A stretch of DNA of 63,764 nt, the filler included, from Nemertoderma westbladi (Eukaryota; Animalia; Xenacoelomorpha), in assembly GCA_032718475.1 (NCBI GenBank). It is 4 parts of 4 records of this genome, joined end to end, with 100 filler letters (N's around TTAATTAATTAA, not from the genome) between each part and the next. Parts side by side here need not be neighbours in the genome. Positions count along the whole stretch, not along the records: positions 45,529 to 59,436 come from JAUCBJ010004505.1; positions 59,537 to 63,764 come from JAUCBJ010002356.1; 2 more parts are not named here. One strand, 5' to 3'. The notes beneath the pieces were generated by a model that did no database searches, was not told the DNA's origin, and worked only from the letters and a program-made list of their open reading frames with translations. Shown in pieces: positions 50,164 through 61,180 of this stretch. Positions within the stretch are counted from its first letter, which is position 1; each line of letters starts with the position of its first letter. Made by a program: the position numbers and the translations under genes.

Positions 50164-51519
50164 ATGTACCCGTCAGTAAGGTTAGAGGACGCGGTACAAG
50201 CTGTATCTCAGGCATTACTTGAGAATGAAGATATTCTAGAACTTTCAGGATACAGCATTGAGCAGATTGTAGCTATGGTAACCTTTGTGATGGAGCACAC
50301 GTATTTCGAGTTCGAGGAGAAGTTTTACTTGCTCAATAAAGGCGTCGGGATGGGAGTCCCAGCTGGTAAAGGGATAGATGTATTAACCGTGAACATGTTA
50401 CACAAACGGGTGGACCTGGTAAACATGTTTTCCGCCATATATTTTAAATCGTTCGTCGATGATGCAGAATCTATATTTCCAACAAAGCTGTCTAACTCGG
50501 TGAAAGACGCAATAAAGAAAATGTACAATAATGTATGTATGGAAGTATTTGGAAATGACAGCATAAAATTTACTTTCGATTTCGATTTTCATGAATCAGT
50601 ATTTCTCGACTTGACTTTGTACCACGATAAAGAAGATGGAGTTATAAAGACAAGGGTATACTTCAAGCCATTATCGGGGAAGTTACCGATACCGTTCGCC
50701 AGCGGACATGATAAGGAAATGCTAATATCAACCGCAAGAGGGCAGCTGTTACGGTTTAACAGGCTGTCCAGTAAAGACAATGATTATGAAGCTGTTAGAG
50801 ACCGGTATTTGACGGATTGCGCGATATCTGGATATCCGGAAGCGGCATTGGAATCGCTGAGGAATAAGTCGAGGGAAGAGCTAAGAAGGAAGAGGAATCC
50901 GAGGGTTGATAAGAAAGAGAAAATGGTATATTTAACTGTACCGGGACCATTTGGAGAGACCATATCAAGGGTAGTCTCAAACTATAAACGACGGTTAATA
51001 AACTTTCGCTTTAAAGTGGCGGTGTTAAGAAGGAGCGGTCTGAATCTCGGACAACGATTAATAAAGAAGAGGAAGACACAACAACGAAGGGGAAATGCTA
51101 AGTGCGGCACCTCAACGCGTTGCGAGACATGTCCCATCATCCACGATATGGCGGAGACACCATGGGGAGATAAAATCCGGGGGTTCTACACATGTGTCTC
51201 AACGAATGTGTTATACATAATCACCTGCGAGAAACATGAAGAGCAATATTACATAGGGCAGACCAGACAAAAACTGAGGGACCGAATGAACGGGCACAGG
51301 GCTATGATAAAGAAGTACAGAGGTCCCGCTGCGATGGGACTCGAATACGGAGAGAGAGAGGAACATCTACTCATCGAGCACTTCCGTTGGTCCGAGTTGG
51401 GAGATATGCGTGTAACGATTTTCCGAGGCTTCACGAGGGACGGGGACAGGGTGCATGCGGAAGCGAACTACATTAGGAAGTACAAACCAGCATTAAACAA
51501 AATGCAACCGATAGTCTAG
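50164..51519 (+). CDS. Penelope-like RT core/thumb plus GIY-YIG endonuclease (5'-truncated, frame intact)
   Basis: MYPSV, KGVGMG, FVDD, FLDL, VYFKP, a Cx5Cx2C linker and NVLYIITC...YYIGQT...RMNGHR. Confidence 0.92.
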   Translation: MYPSVRLEDAVQAVSQALLENEDILELSGYSIEQIVAMVTFVMEHTYFEFEEKFYLLNKGVGMGVPAGKGIDVLTVNMLHKRVDLVNMFSAIYFKSFVDDAESIFPTKLSNSVKDAIKKMYNNVCMEVFGNDSIKFTFDFDFHESVFLDLTLYHDKEDGVIKTRVYFKPLSGKLPIPFASGHDKEMLISTARGQLLRFNRLSSKDNDYEAVRDRYLTDCAISGYPEAALESLRNKSREELRRKRNPRVDKKEKMVYLTVPGPFGETISRVVSNYKRRLINFRFKVAVLRRSGLNLGQRLIKKRKTQQRRGNAKCGTSTRCETCPIIHDMAETPWGDKIRGFYTCVSTNVLYIITCEKHEEQYYIGQTRQKLRDRMNGHRAMIKKYRGPAAMGLEYGEREEHLLIEHFRWSELGDMRVTIFRGFTRDGDRVHAEANYIRKYKPALNKMQPIV

Positions 51520-51569
51520 GAACGGGTTCGGAGAAGGGAAAGAGGGACTCCTTAGTTTTGAACTATATG

Positions 51570-53520
51570 GGTAATACTGGTGCCGTCGATATAGTTTTGT
51601 TTAATTGTTATGTTTAATAGTTTCTATCAGTATTGTGGTATTAATTTTGGTTTATGTTATGTAATAATGGTGCTGTTGATATAGTTTCAGTTTAATTGTT
51701 ATTTTACGGTTTCTATGGTTGCGTACAGTACAGTAATGTGGTATTAATTTTGGTTTATGTTATGTAATAATGGTGCTGTTGATATAGTTTCAGTTTAATC
51801 GTTATTTTACGGTTTCTATGGTTGCGTACAGTAATGTGGTATTAATTTTGGTTTATGTTATGTAATAATGGTGCTGTTGATATAGTTTCAGTTTAATCGT
51901 TATTTTACGGTTTCTATGGCTGCGTACAGTAATGTGGTATTAATTTTGGTTTATGTTATGTAATAATGGTGCTGTTGATATAGTTTCAGTTTAATCGTTA
52001 TTTTACGGTTTCTATGGTTGCGTACAGTAATGTGGTATTAATTTTGGTTTATGTTATGTAATAATGGTGCTGTTGATATAGTTTCAGTTTAATCGTTATT
52101 TTACGGTTTCTATGGCTGCGTACAGTAATGTGGTATTAATTTTGGTTTATGTTATGTAATAATGGTGCTGTTGATATAGTTTCAGTTTAATCGTTATTTT
52201 ACGGTTTCTATGGCTGCGTACAGTAATGTGGTATTAATTTTGGTTTATGTTATGTAATAATGGTGCTGTTGATATAGTTTCAGTTTAATCGTTATTTTAC
52301 GGTTTCTATGGTTGCGTACAGTAATGTGGTATTAATTTTGGTTTATGTTATGTAATAATGGTGCTGTTGATATAGTTTCAGTTTAATCGTTATTTTACGG
52401 TTTCTATGGTTGCGTACAGTAATGTGGTATTAATTTTGGTTTATGTTATGTAATAATGGTGCTGTTGATATAGTTTCAGTTTAATTGTTATTTTACGGTT
52501 TCTATGGTTGCGTACAGTAATCTGGTATTAATTTTGGTTTATGTTATGTAATAATGGTGCTGTTGATATACAGTAGTTTCAGTTTAATCGTTATTTTACG
52601 GTTTCTATGGCTGCGTACAGTAATGTGGTATTAATTTTGGTTTATGTTATGTAATAATGGTGCTGTTGATATAGTTTCAGTTTAATCGTTATTTTACGGT
52701 TTATATGGCTGCGTACAGTAATGTGGTATTAATTTTGGTTTATGTTATGTAATAATGGTGCTGTTGATATAGTTTCAGTTTAATCGTTATTTTACGGTTT
52801 CTATGGCTGCGTACAGTAATGTGGTATTAATTTTGGTTTATGTTATGTAATAATGGTGCTGTTGATATAGTTTCAGTTTAATTGTCATTTTTACGGTTTC
52901 TATGGCTGCGTACAGTAATGTGGTATTAATTTTGGTTTATGTTATGTAATAATGGTGCTGTTGATATAGTTTCAGTTTAATCGTTATTTTACGGTTTCTA
53001 TGGTTGCGTACAGTAATGTGGTATTAATTTTGGTTTATGTTATGTAATAATGGTGCTGTTGATATAGTTTCAGTTTAATCGTTATTTTACGGTTTCTATG
53101 GTTGCGTACAGTAATGTGGTATTAATTTTGGTTTATGTTATGTAATAATGGTGCTGTTGATATAGTTTCAGTTTAATTGTTATTTTACGGTTTCTATGGT
53201 TGCGTACAGTAATGTGGTATTAATTTTGGTTTATGTTATGTAATAATGGTGCTGTTGATATAGTTTCAGTTTAATTGTTATTTTACGGTTTCTATGGTTG
53301 CGTACAGTAATGTGGTATTAATTTTGGTTTATGTTATGTAATAATGGTGCTGTTGATATAGTTTCTGTTTAATTGTTATTTTACGGTTTCTATGGTTGCG
53401 TACAGTAATGTGGTATTAATTTTGGTTTATGTTATGTAATAATGGTGCTGTTGATATAGTTTCTGTTTAATCGTTATTTTACGGTTTCCTACGGTCGCGT
53501 ACAGTAATGTGATACAGTTT
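51570..53520 (+). repeat. Tandem array of a 98-bp unit, about 19-20 near-identical copies; diverged copies extend to about 53780
   Basis: Unit GTAATGTGGTATTAATTTTGG...TGCGTACA, e.g. starts at 51831 and 51929. Confidence 0.97.
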
Positions 53521-54117
53521 CTGAGTTATGTTAAATAATACGGTCGCGTACATACAGTAAGGTAATATTTAACTTCTGATCTATGTAGTAAAGTGAGCTG
53601 TTGATATAGTTTTGTTTAGTAGTTAGCTTCAGTTTCCTAGCGTCGCGTTCAGTAATGTGATATTAGTAATTCTGATTTATGTAAGTGATAACGGTTTTGT
53701 TAATAGTTATTTTTGCGGTTACTATGGTCGAGGAGGTACAAAAATAATTATGGTAATGTTAAGGGTATTTGGTGCAGTAGATATAGTATTGTACAATAAG
53801 GTACGCTGGCTACAGTATATCGGCCGAGCCTACGCGTAGGTCATTATTTATAGACTGAGGGAGGGAGTTTGTACTACAGGACAGTAGTGCAGCATTTAAC
53901 TGACGGTACATTTGTACACGTTGCACTGCTGTACAGCTGGTTGGACTATTAATTGTAGAATATAGGCAACTGGCCTACCAGAAAGAAAACGTCTGGTTGA
54001 AACGTGTAGTGGAAACATAAATCTTCTATATTTGGTTTGCTTTAGCCCTCTGTTTGGTACTGTAGAATTTCTGTATGTAGGGCCAGTCTTGCTGTTGGTT
54101 TTTATTGTTGAATTGGT

Positions 54118-54154
54118 GCTCTGAAGATGGCCCTAGGGGCAGAAATATATAAGC
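54118..54154 (+). ncRNA. Minimal type I hammerhead ribozyme
   Basis: GCT-CTGAAGA-[TGGCCC TAG GGGCA]-GAAA-TATA-TA^-AGC. Both catalytic boxes, stem II, a 3-bp stem I and a palindromic loop 3 are present, on the sense strand of a Penelope-like element. Confidence 0.78.
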
Positions 54155-54966
54155 TGGGTTGAATATTTAATATTTAAGGTTTAATATCGAGGGTAGTCCC
54201 CTAGCTCGACGTCCGGTTTCGATCTTTATTACAAAGCACTCAAAGCATACTATGGTTGTCTGAAAGTATTAGATGGGAACTTGAAACCGGAAATTGCACT
54301 AAAAATATTCAATGCGCTGGTCACCCCGATTTTATTATACGGATGCGAGGTTTGGTGGCCAATGTCAATAAATTTTGGATGCGAGGTTTGGTGCCCAATG
54401 TCAATAAATTTCAACAAGAAAAATTCTGACAAAGATTGCAATACAATAATGAATTCATTTTTCAATAACAGACTTTACAGGGAAAAATGTGAACAATTAC
54501 AACTCAGGTTCGGCAAGCGACTAGTTGGGGTAGGTCCTAAGGCGACGAACGCGGCAGGACGTGGAGAACTAGGTATTCACCCACTATTCATAAAAGCATT
54601 CATTCTGGCGGCGAAATATCTCAATTATGTACTAATTAACCGCTCAGGTAATTCACTTCTAGCCGATACTTTACAAGAAAACATCTCTATGTGGAAAGAT
54701 GGAAAAGCATGTTGGCTTAATAATATCCTAAACCCAATCGAAGCACTAGTAGATGAACCATGTCCAAAATTAATATTCTATCTGTGAAATCAATCTATCA
54801 ATTATTACCCTCCAAATTTCAAAAACTATCAGCCATTCGCACACAATTTAATACATTCTCTGAAAAAAAATGGCAATTTGCAATCACAAACCCGCTCAGA
54901 AAAGACGGCAAATCCACAAACAAACTAAGAACCTATTCACTATTTAAAAGCACATTAATACACGAA

Positions 54967-55346
54967 GTGGGGACTTCGCGCAGCACGAAGTTGGCAGAGC
55001 CTTAGCGAATTGACACTGTTAGGGGGTAGGTCAATTTATGCAAATAGTCACGTTGGCCCTCTAGCGGCAGACTGGAGAACTGCAGATGGATTCGCCTCCT
55101 TTGAAAGTCACAGCTAATGGTCTAATACATATCTGCCAAGTTTCAGCTTAAACGGATTAAAAGCAAAGAAATGGGAGGGCATTTAATGTTTAGACATGTG
55201 GCCCTCTAGCGGGAGACCATTGCACTGATGGTGTCTGAAAGTCTCTCAAAAATCTCAACTTTTGCTCATATTGATACCTACAAATTTTCAACTTGGCAGC
55301 TTTAAATCCGACAAAGTTATTAGCATGTCAAAATCGTAACGACGAC

Positions 55347-55391
<45 letters not shown>

Positions 55392-55489
55392 AACGACGAC
55401 GACGACGACGACAACTATTTGCATAAATTGACCCACCCCCTAACAGTGTCAATTCGCTAAGGCTCCGCCAACTTCGTGGCTCGCCCCAC
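54967..55489. mobile_element. MITE with TIRs of about 75 bp and an internal (ACG)n microsatellite
   Basis: GTGGGG...CACGAAGTTGGC.GAGCCTTAGCGAATTGACACTGTTAGGGGGT...GCAAATAG is inverted at 55414-55489. Possible TSD ACGAA/ATGAA. (ACG)n at 55339-55413. Confidence 0.85.
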
Positions 55490-56497
55490 ATGAACAATAT
55501 TTGACCAATATGCCATTTAAAACACGCTAAATATTAACACGGTTTAGAATCAGCAATCACACCTTTAGGATAGAGACAGGTCGTTATGATAAAACCCCCC
55601 TGGAAAGTATATTGTGTAGATTTTGTAGTGATGAGTCAATAGAAGATGAGAAACACATTGTAATTAGGTGCCCCAAATTTTATAATCAACGAGAAAAACT
55701 ATTTTCAAGCTTAGATACTACGACAAATTTACTTTTAAATAATTTTGACGATAATATGAAATTCTATAGCATAATGAAATGTGATGACAGAACAACTAAT
55801 AACCTCCTTGTAGAATTACTCAATAGTGCACAAGGCATATATTCAACTCCTACATTACCGGTATATACTACGATCACTTTCCCAATAACCAAAACAATAC
55901 ACGGTCACTTTACCAATTGAGGGAAAGGAGCAGGTTACAGTTTACAGAGGCGGGCTTTTCTAACCAAAACAATTAACAATCACTGCGTTCAGAAAATTTT
56001 AAAAATGCTGCCAACATGAGTCTGAGTCAGTCTGTGGTCTGAGACTACATCTGTAATAATGCTGTAATGTAATGGAAGCTTTTCTGATTTTATCAGGGTC
56101 AGGTTGTGTTTGCTGTTTATACACCTGTAGGCCTACACCAATACTGGTGAACCGGTACAATAAATTGGCCTAACAGTGGAGTTGAAAGTAATATACCTAG
56201 TAGTAGGCCTAATACTACAGTTGTTAAAAATTCAGAGCCCCTGAAACCGGAAAGAGCCAATAAGTTTTAGGACCTCGCCTCTTCTAGTCAGTCTAGTTGT
56301 TAGTAGGCCGGTAGTAGCCTAGTACAACACGTTCAATAACCATAGTACCTGCACTGGTACAGTACAGAGCACAGTACATGCAGTACAGCACTGCAGCAGT
56401 ACCCAACCCGAACCCACACCTCAGCACCTACCAGCTGACCAGCCTACCGGTATAGTACCGTACAAGATAATATAATAAATGATAATAATACTGTAAT

Positions 56498-57451
56498 ATG
56501 ATGCTTTTAGTACTGATCGCTGCTTTCATTTGCTTTATAATACTGCTAGGAATAATTCTAGCAGCGGCATATTTCACAGCAAGTGAATACCCTAACGCTT
56601 TCCAGAAACATAAGGACGATTTAAAACCGATTGATATTTTAAACAACAAAGAAATAAACTTGTTAGAATCTTCAAGATTAGCCCCGCTGGTTGATTTATC
56701 GGTTGTAGTTCCGGCCTACAACGAAGCTAAACGACTCCCCGCCATGCTGGAAGAAGCGATCGCTTATCTCGAAATGCAAACGTACTCATATGAGATCATT
56801 ATAGTAGACGACGGCAGTCGCGACGAAACCGTCCACATAGGCCAAACGTACCGGAAACGTAACGACAATATCCGCGTGATTAGTTTACCGGTTAACCGAG
56901 GTAAGGGGGGCGCTGTTCGGGTGGGAATTCTAGCGTCATCCGGCAATCGACTACTGATGGTCGACGCTGACGGGGCCACGCGGTTCTCAGACCTAGCGAA
57001 ACTCGAGGATCGTGTCAAAGAACTTCCGAGCGATAAACAGGGCTACATTATATGCGGGTCACGCGCTCATCTTGAGGACGACTCGGTGGCAACGCGTTCC
57101 TATTTCCGCAGTCTCCTCATGTTTGGTTTCCATTTCCTGGTTGGAATTCTTTGCGTTCCGGCCATCCGCGACACCCAATGTGGGTTCAAGTTGTTTTCCC
57201 GCGCCGCTGGTTTGCTCTGTTTCTACAACCTTCACATCGAGAGGTGGGCCTTTGACGTGGAGTTGTTGCTGATTGCTCGCAAGTTATCCATCCCCGTGGT
57301 GGAACAGGCCGTCAACTGGACTGAGATCGAGGGTTCCAAACTAGATCCTGTGTTTGCCGCGTTGCAGATGGGTCGAGATTTGTTATTTATAAGGCTGAGG
57401 TACTTATTGGGGGCTTGGTCCATCGTACCTTCGCGTAATAAAACCGAATAG
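56498..57451 (+). CDS. ALG5: Dolichyl-phosphate beta-glucosyltransferase, single exon
   Basis: N-terminal TM helix; LSVVVPAYNE, VDDGS, NRGKGGAVR, VDADGAT, GSRAHLE, DTQCGFKLF, RWAFDVELL, VNWTEIEGSKL. 317 aa, full length. Confidence 0.96.
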   Translation: MMLLVLIAAFICFIILLGIILAAAYFTASEYPNAFQKHKDDLKPIDILNNKEINLLESSRLAPLVDLSVVVPAYNEAKRLPAMLEEAIAYLEMQTYSYEIIIVDDGSRDETVHIGQTYRKRNDNIRVISLPVNRGKGGAVRVGILASSGNRLLMVDADGATRFSDLAKLEDRVKELPSDKQGYIICGSRAHLEDDSVATRSYFRSLLMFGFHFLVGILCVPAIRDTQCGFKLFSRAAGLLCFYNLHIERWAFDVELLLIARKLSIPVVEQAVNWTEIEGSKLDPVFAALQMGRDLLFIRLRYLLGAWSIVPSRNKTE

Positions 57452-57767
57452 TTTTGTATATTTTTTTATATTACACCCGAATGAATTTTATTGTAATGGG
57501 CAATGTTCGGTTCATTTTGTTCTTGTATATTCTTAATGTTTTTTTTTGCAAGTGAGGGATATAAAACCTACCCCCCCCCCCCCCCCCCCCCCCCTGCATG
57601 TAACCAAGAACAAATCCCAAGAGTTTTATCTTGTGATTTTTGTTCTACATCAATCCAGAGAAGTCACACGTAATCGGGAACAATTTGTGAGATCTTTGTG
57701 GAGTGACAAACAATGAAACAAACTAGATCATAACGGCTACAGGATTATAAAGTTATAATCGATAAAT

Positions 57768-57885
57768 CGATATATTTACTATGCTCGATATATTTACTAT
57801 GCTCGAGATATTTACTATGCTCGAGATATTTACTATGCTCGAGATATTTACTATGCTCGAGATATTTACTATGCTCGAGATATTT
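57768..57885. repeat. 18-bp minisatellite, about 6 copies
   Basis: (GATATTTACTATGCTCGA)n. Confidence 0.92.
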
Positions 57886-58034
57886 TATTGCCTGGACGCA
57901 ACGAGTTTAATAAAAAAATCGAAAGCGTAACGAAAATAAGCACTTCTCAAAATTTTACACGGTTGTTACTGCTGGTTTTTGCTTGTTTTGTAATTGATTA
58001 ATGTTCTAGAACATCACTAACCCTAAGCGGATGT

Positions 58035-58770
58035 CAAATTTTATAAAACTTATTTTGTTACATTATGTCAACTTAACAGCCTTCTGGTGAATTACTCGTG
58101 ACGCTGCAAAGTACTACTTTGCAGCGTTGCGGCCTATAGGACGAAACGCTGCAAAGTAATCAATGACATAGAAACAACTTCAATTACCGTATTCTAGAAT
58201 GTATTATTTCCATTTATGTTACTGAGTGCTGCTTTATTATCCAGTTTGTAGTGACGGGACTAGCTACTGTATGTAAATAATTGTTTAACATGTAGGCTAC
58301 TGTATCCATTATGTCGAAACGTATAAACTTTAGAGAAAATGACCAAAGAAAATGGCGACAGTGTTCAGTAAAACTTAACGGACACAGACGGTAACTCAGT
58401 TAGATTCAGTCGCTATAATCAAGATGGATTAATGATTTATCACATCCATGCAGGAGATAACTTCCAATAAACTTTAATTATATTTAAATGTATAATTAAT
58501 ACTGTGTACCTGTTAATAAATTTCACTTATATTAGATATAGTACATGATTAAAATGTTTAAATGAGTATCCATAAAATCCTTTCTTCTCATACCCAACGC
58601 TGATAAGTTGACATAATGTAACAAAATTACATACATCATTGCTTGCAAAGGTCACTTTTCAGCGTTAAAGACCCTTGTTTATTTATGTAAACCTCCCTCG
58701 CTCGGTACATAAATAATCTCGGGTCGTAACGCTGCAAAGTGCTACTTTGCACACAATGATGTAAATAGTT
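58035..58770. repeat. Non-autonomous element(s) with inverted repeats and a hairpin of about 130 bp
   Basis: TTTTGTTACATTATGTCAACTTA is inverted at about 58603-58626; hairpin at 58632-58763; related sequence at about 18840-18990. Confidence 0.6.
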
Positions 58771-59436
58771 ATTATTTGTTATAGTTTGCAATTTAACACA
58801 AAAGTTTGATACATACTATTTTGGTGCATACTTTATTTTACTGATACCCATGGTGGTAAATATATATTCTTCAATTTGCAGATTTCTCCTGGAACGATTT
58901 TTCCCGATTTTGTGTGTAACGTTTCTGTATTTGTTCTAGATCTCCTATCTGTGTCATCGGTTTAAGTGTCATCGGTGTAAATCTACGGTTTTGGGCCCTT
59001 TTGGGCGTTTTCGGTTTTAATCTGTGCTGAATTATTATCATTATGTGCTATTTGGGTTGGCGTTTAGTGCTGTTATTACTGAGATGACTTTAACTGCATG
59101 TTTGTGTGTATACACACATTCGTAATATTATAATTTACTTTTAATTAATACTTATTTTAAGTTTTATTATAAGTTACATTATAAATTTTATAATGGTTGT
59201 TATTTATCTCTACACTTTATGAAGTCGGAATGATTTTCCAATGTGTCTCCTATTCTAATACAGTGTCTTCCTCTTAGAATATATAATAAATTAGTGGTTT
59301 CTATCGTATTGGTCCGAATGAGACGAAAGTGGTCATCAGAGGCGCTGAATCATTTTGTCAAAAATCTAAATGTAACCTTTACCATTAAGGGGACCATTAT
59401 TACTCTCAACTGAAGTGAAATTTTCAAAATTCACAA

Positions 59437-59536
59437 NNNNNNNNNNNNNNNNNNNNNNNNNNNNNNNNNNNNNNNNNNNNTTAATTAATTAANNNNNNNN
59501 NNNNNNNNNNNNNNNNNNNNNNNNNNNNNNNNNNNN
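59437..59536. other. Artificial contig spacer / assembly gap
   Basis: N44-TTAATTAATTAA-N44. Confidence 0.97.
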
Positions 59537-61180
59537 CACTTTGAAAAGCTCCTCAATAATGACAGGGTATTGCCTGATAACTTTATAGAAGTAAAAGTGT
59601 CTGAGTCTGTACTCCCAGATATTCCCATTGGCGATATCTCCTTTGCAGAAGTGAAGGCTGCTGCAAAGAGCATTAAGACCAATCGTGCCAGTGGAGTAGA
59701 TGGTGTTCCCCCTGAGGTCTTTAAAATACCTGAGTGTTTAAAGCTCATCTATCCCATCATAGTAGACATGTACCGTACAACAAGAGTCCCACAAGAAATG
59801 AAAACAAATAAGTTGGTGCCAGTTCCCAAGAAGGGCAACCTAACACTCTATGGTTCTTTTCGGGGAATCTCATTGATCTCGATTGCTGCAAAACTATACA
59901 ATAGAATTCTATTAAATCGCATCAGGGATCCCATTGAGAGACTGCTACGTGGAAATCAGAATGGGTTCCGTAAAGGTCGTGGGACCATGGAGCCCATTTT
60001 GGCACTTAGAAGGATAATTGAAGAGTTATCAAAAAAGAAAGACAGGCATCTGGCTGTTATCTTTGTTGACTTCTTCAAGGCCTTTGATTCAGTCTCTCGC
60101 TCACGTATGTTCAGCATACTTTCATTATATGGGATTCCTGATGAAATTATTGCAGCAATCAGATCAGTATACGATGGTTCGACAACATTTGTGTCTACTG
60201 TTGACGGTGACACAGAACCATTTGAAGTGTTATGGGGCGTCCTCCAAGGAGACACACTTGCACCATTCTTGTTCATTATTGTGGTTGACTATGTTCTACG
60301 CATGTCCTTAGATCATCATAATGATGATGGGGTGATGATAACTCCACCTACTGGCTCCAGAAGTCGAGGAAATCCTGCCAAGTACCTAACTGATCTAGAC
60401 TTTGCTGATGACTTAGGAGTACTCTCAGAATCATTAGAGGGAGCCCAGCGGCTCCTCAGCTCATTAGAACATGCTGCTTCTAGTGTTGGTCTTTTTATTA
60501 ACTCCAGAAAGACCAAAATTCTGACAGTTAACTTTGAAAGTCCTCAGCAAGTCTCTGATCGGATGAGCATAAGCTCAAAGGATGGTATGCTTGAGCATGT
60601 GGACGACTTCTGTTACCTGGGATCATGGATCCGGAAGTCAGGTGAGGACCTTCGAATACGTAAGGGAAAGGCATGGGCAGCCTTGAATAGGCTTTCCAGG
60701 ATTTGGAAGTCACCTAGAATTAATCGGAAACTTAAGGTCCGATTATTTAGAGCAGCAGTAGTTCCAGTACTCCTCTACGGGAGTCCATGCTGGGCTCTAA
60801 CTGCTGAGGACACCAAATCTCTGGATGGCACATTCACAAGAATGCTACGCCGGGTACATTGTGTCAAGTACAATGCACACATCTCCAACCAGACACTATA
60901 TAACATTGGAGGTGTCTCATTGGTTCCCCCAAGCTTGACACTAGAACAAAATCGCCTCCGCTTTGCAGGACATTGCTTTCGCCGTGAGGACCAGCCAGTG
61001 CATAATCTTGTACTTTGGCAGCCTCATGGAGTGAATAAGCATGGTGGACAGCCCATGACTTTCTTGAGACGCATCTTAAAGGACACTGGCCTTAAAGATG
61101 CGGATGATCTAGCAAATGTCATGGGTGATAGGGAGTTGTGGCGGTGCAATTTTGTTGACAAGCCGGCACAGCATTCTTAA
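59537..61180 (+). CDS. RTE-clade LINE reverse transcriptase; frame intact, 5' end lost in the gap
   Basis: PVPKKGNL, RGISL, QNGFR, FVDFFKAFDS, GVLQGDTLAPFLF, DFADD, FCYLGS, PVLLYGS, RLRFAGH. Short 3' UTR ending TAGTAG at about 61217. Confidence 0.93.
   Translation, partial: HFEKLLNNDRVLPDNFIEVKVSESVLPDIPIGDISFAEVKAAAKSIKTNRASGVDGVPPEVFKIPECLKLIYPIIVDMYRTTRVPQEMKTNKLVPVPKKGNLTLYGSFRGISLISIAAKLYNRILLNRIRDPIERLLRGNQNGFRKGRGTMEPILALRRIIEELSKKKDRHLAVIFVDFFKAFDSVSRSRMFSILSLYGIPDEIIAAIRSVYDGSTTFVSTVDGDTEPFEVLWGVLQGDTLAPFLFIIVVDYVLRMSLDHHNDDGVMITPPTGSRSRGNPAKYLTDLDFADDLGVLSESLEGAQRLLSSLEHAASSVGLFINSRKTKILTVNFESPQQVSDRMSISSKDGMLEHVDDFCYLGSWIRKSGEDLRIRKGKAWAALNRLSRIWKSPRINRKLKVRLFRAAVVPVLLYGSPCWALTAEDTKSLDGTFTRMLRRVHCVKYNAHISNQTLYNIGGVSLVPPSLTLEQNRLRFAGHCFRREDQPVHNLVLWQPHGVNKHGGQPMTFLRRILKDTGLKDADDLANVMGDRELWRCNFVDKPAQHS

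Larger units (their letters stand above)
50115..54219 (+). mobile_element. 5'-truncated Penelope-like retroelement (Neptune-like) with a tandem array and hammerhead in its 3' region
   Basis: Bounded by the 15-bp TSD CGATCTTTATTACAA (50100-50114 / 54220-54234); carries an RT plus GIY-YIG ORF. Confidence 0.9.
50045..55900 (+). pseudogene. Decayed RTE-X-like LINE 3' half, interrupted by the Penelope element and a MITE
   Basis: Removing the insertions restores GIAMDSSGKFTKAKCDLYYKALKAYY...PILLYGCEVW...RGELG...KLRTYSLFK...RFRISNH.FRIETGRY...CRFC...EDEKH...C. Confidence 0.78.

Noticed and set aside
51570-53520. CRISPR-like array next to an RT/nuclease gene
   Set aside because: Units are near-identical along their whole length with no unique spacers; there are no cas genes and the context is eukaryotic.
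53970-54015. Second hammerhead-like motif (ACCAGA/TCTGGT stem then GAAACGTGTA)
   Set aside because: No CUGANGA box precedes the stem; at best a degenerate relic.
55288-55497. Arginine-rich protamine-like 69-aa ORF
   Set aside because: It is the translation of the (CGT)n microsatellite inside a MITE.
59295-59345. CTGATGA...GAAA on the minus strand
   Set aside because: No convincing stem II or stem I pairing.
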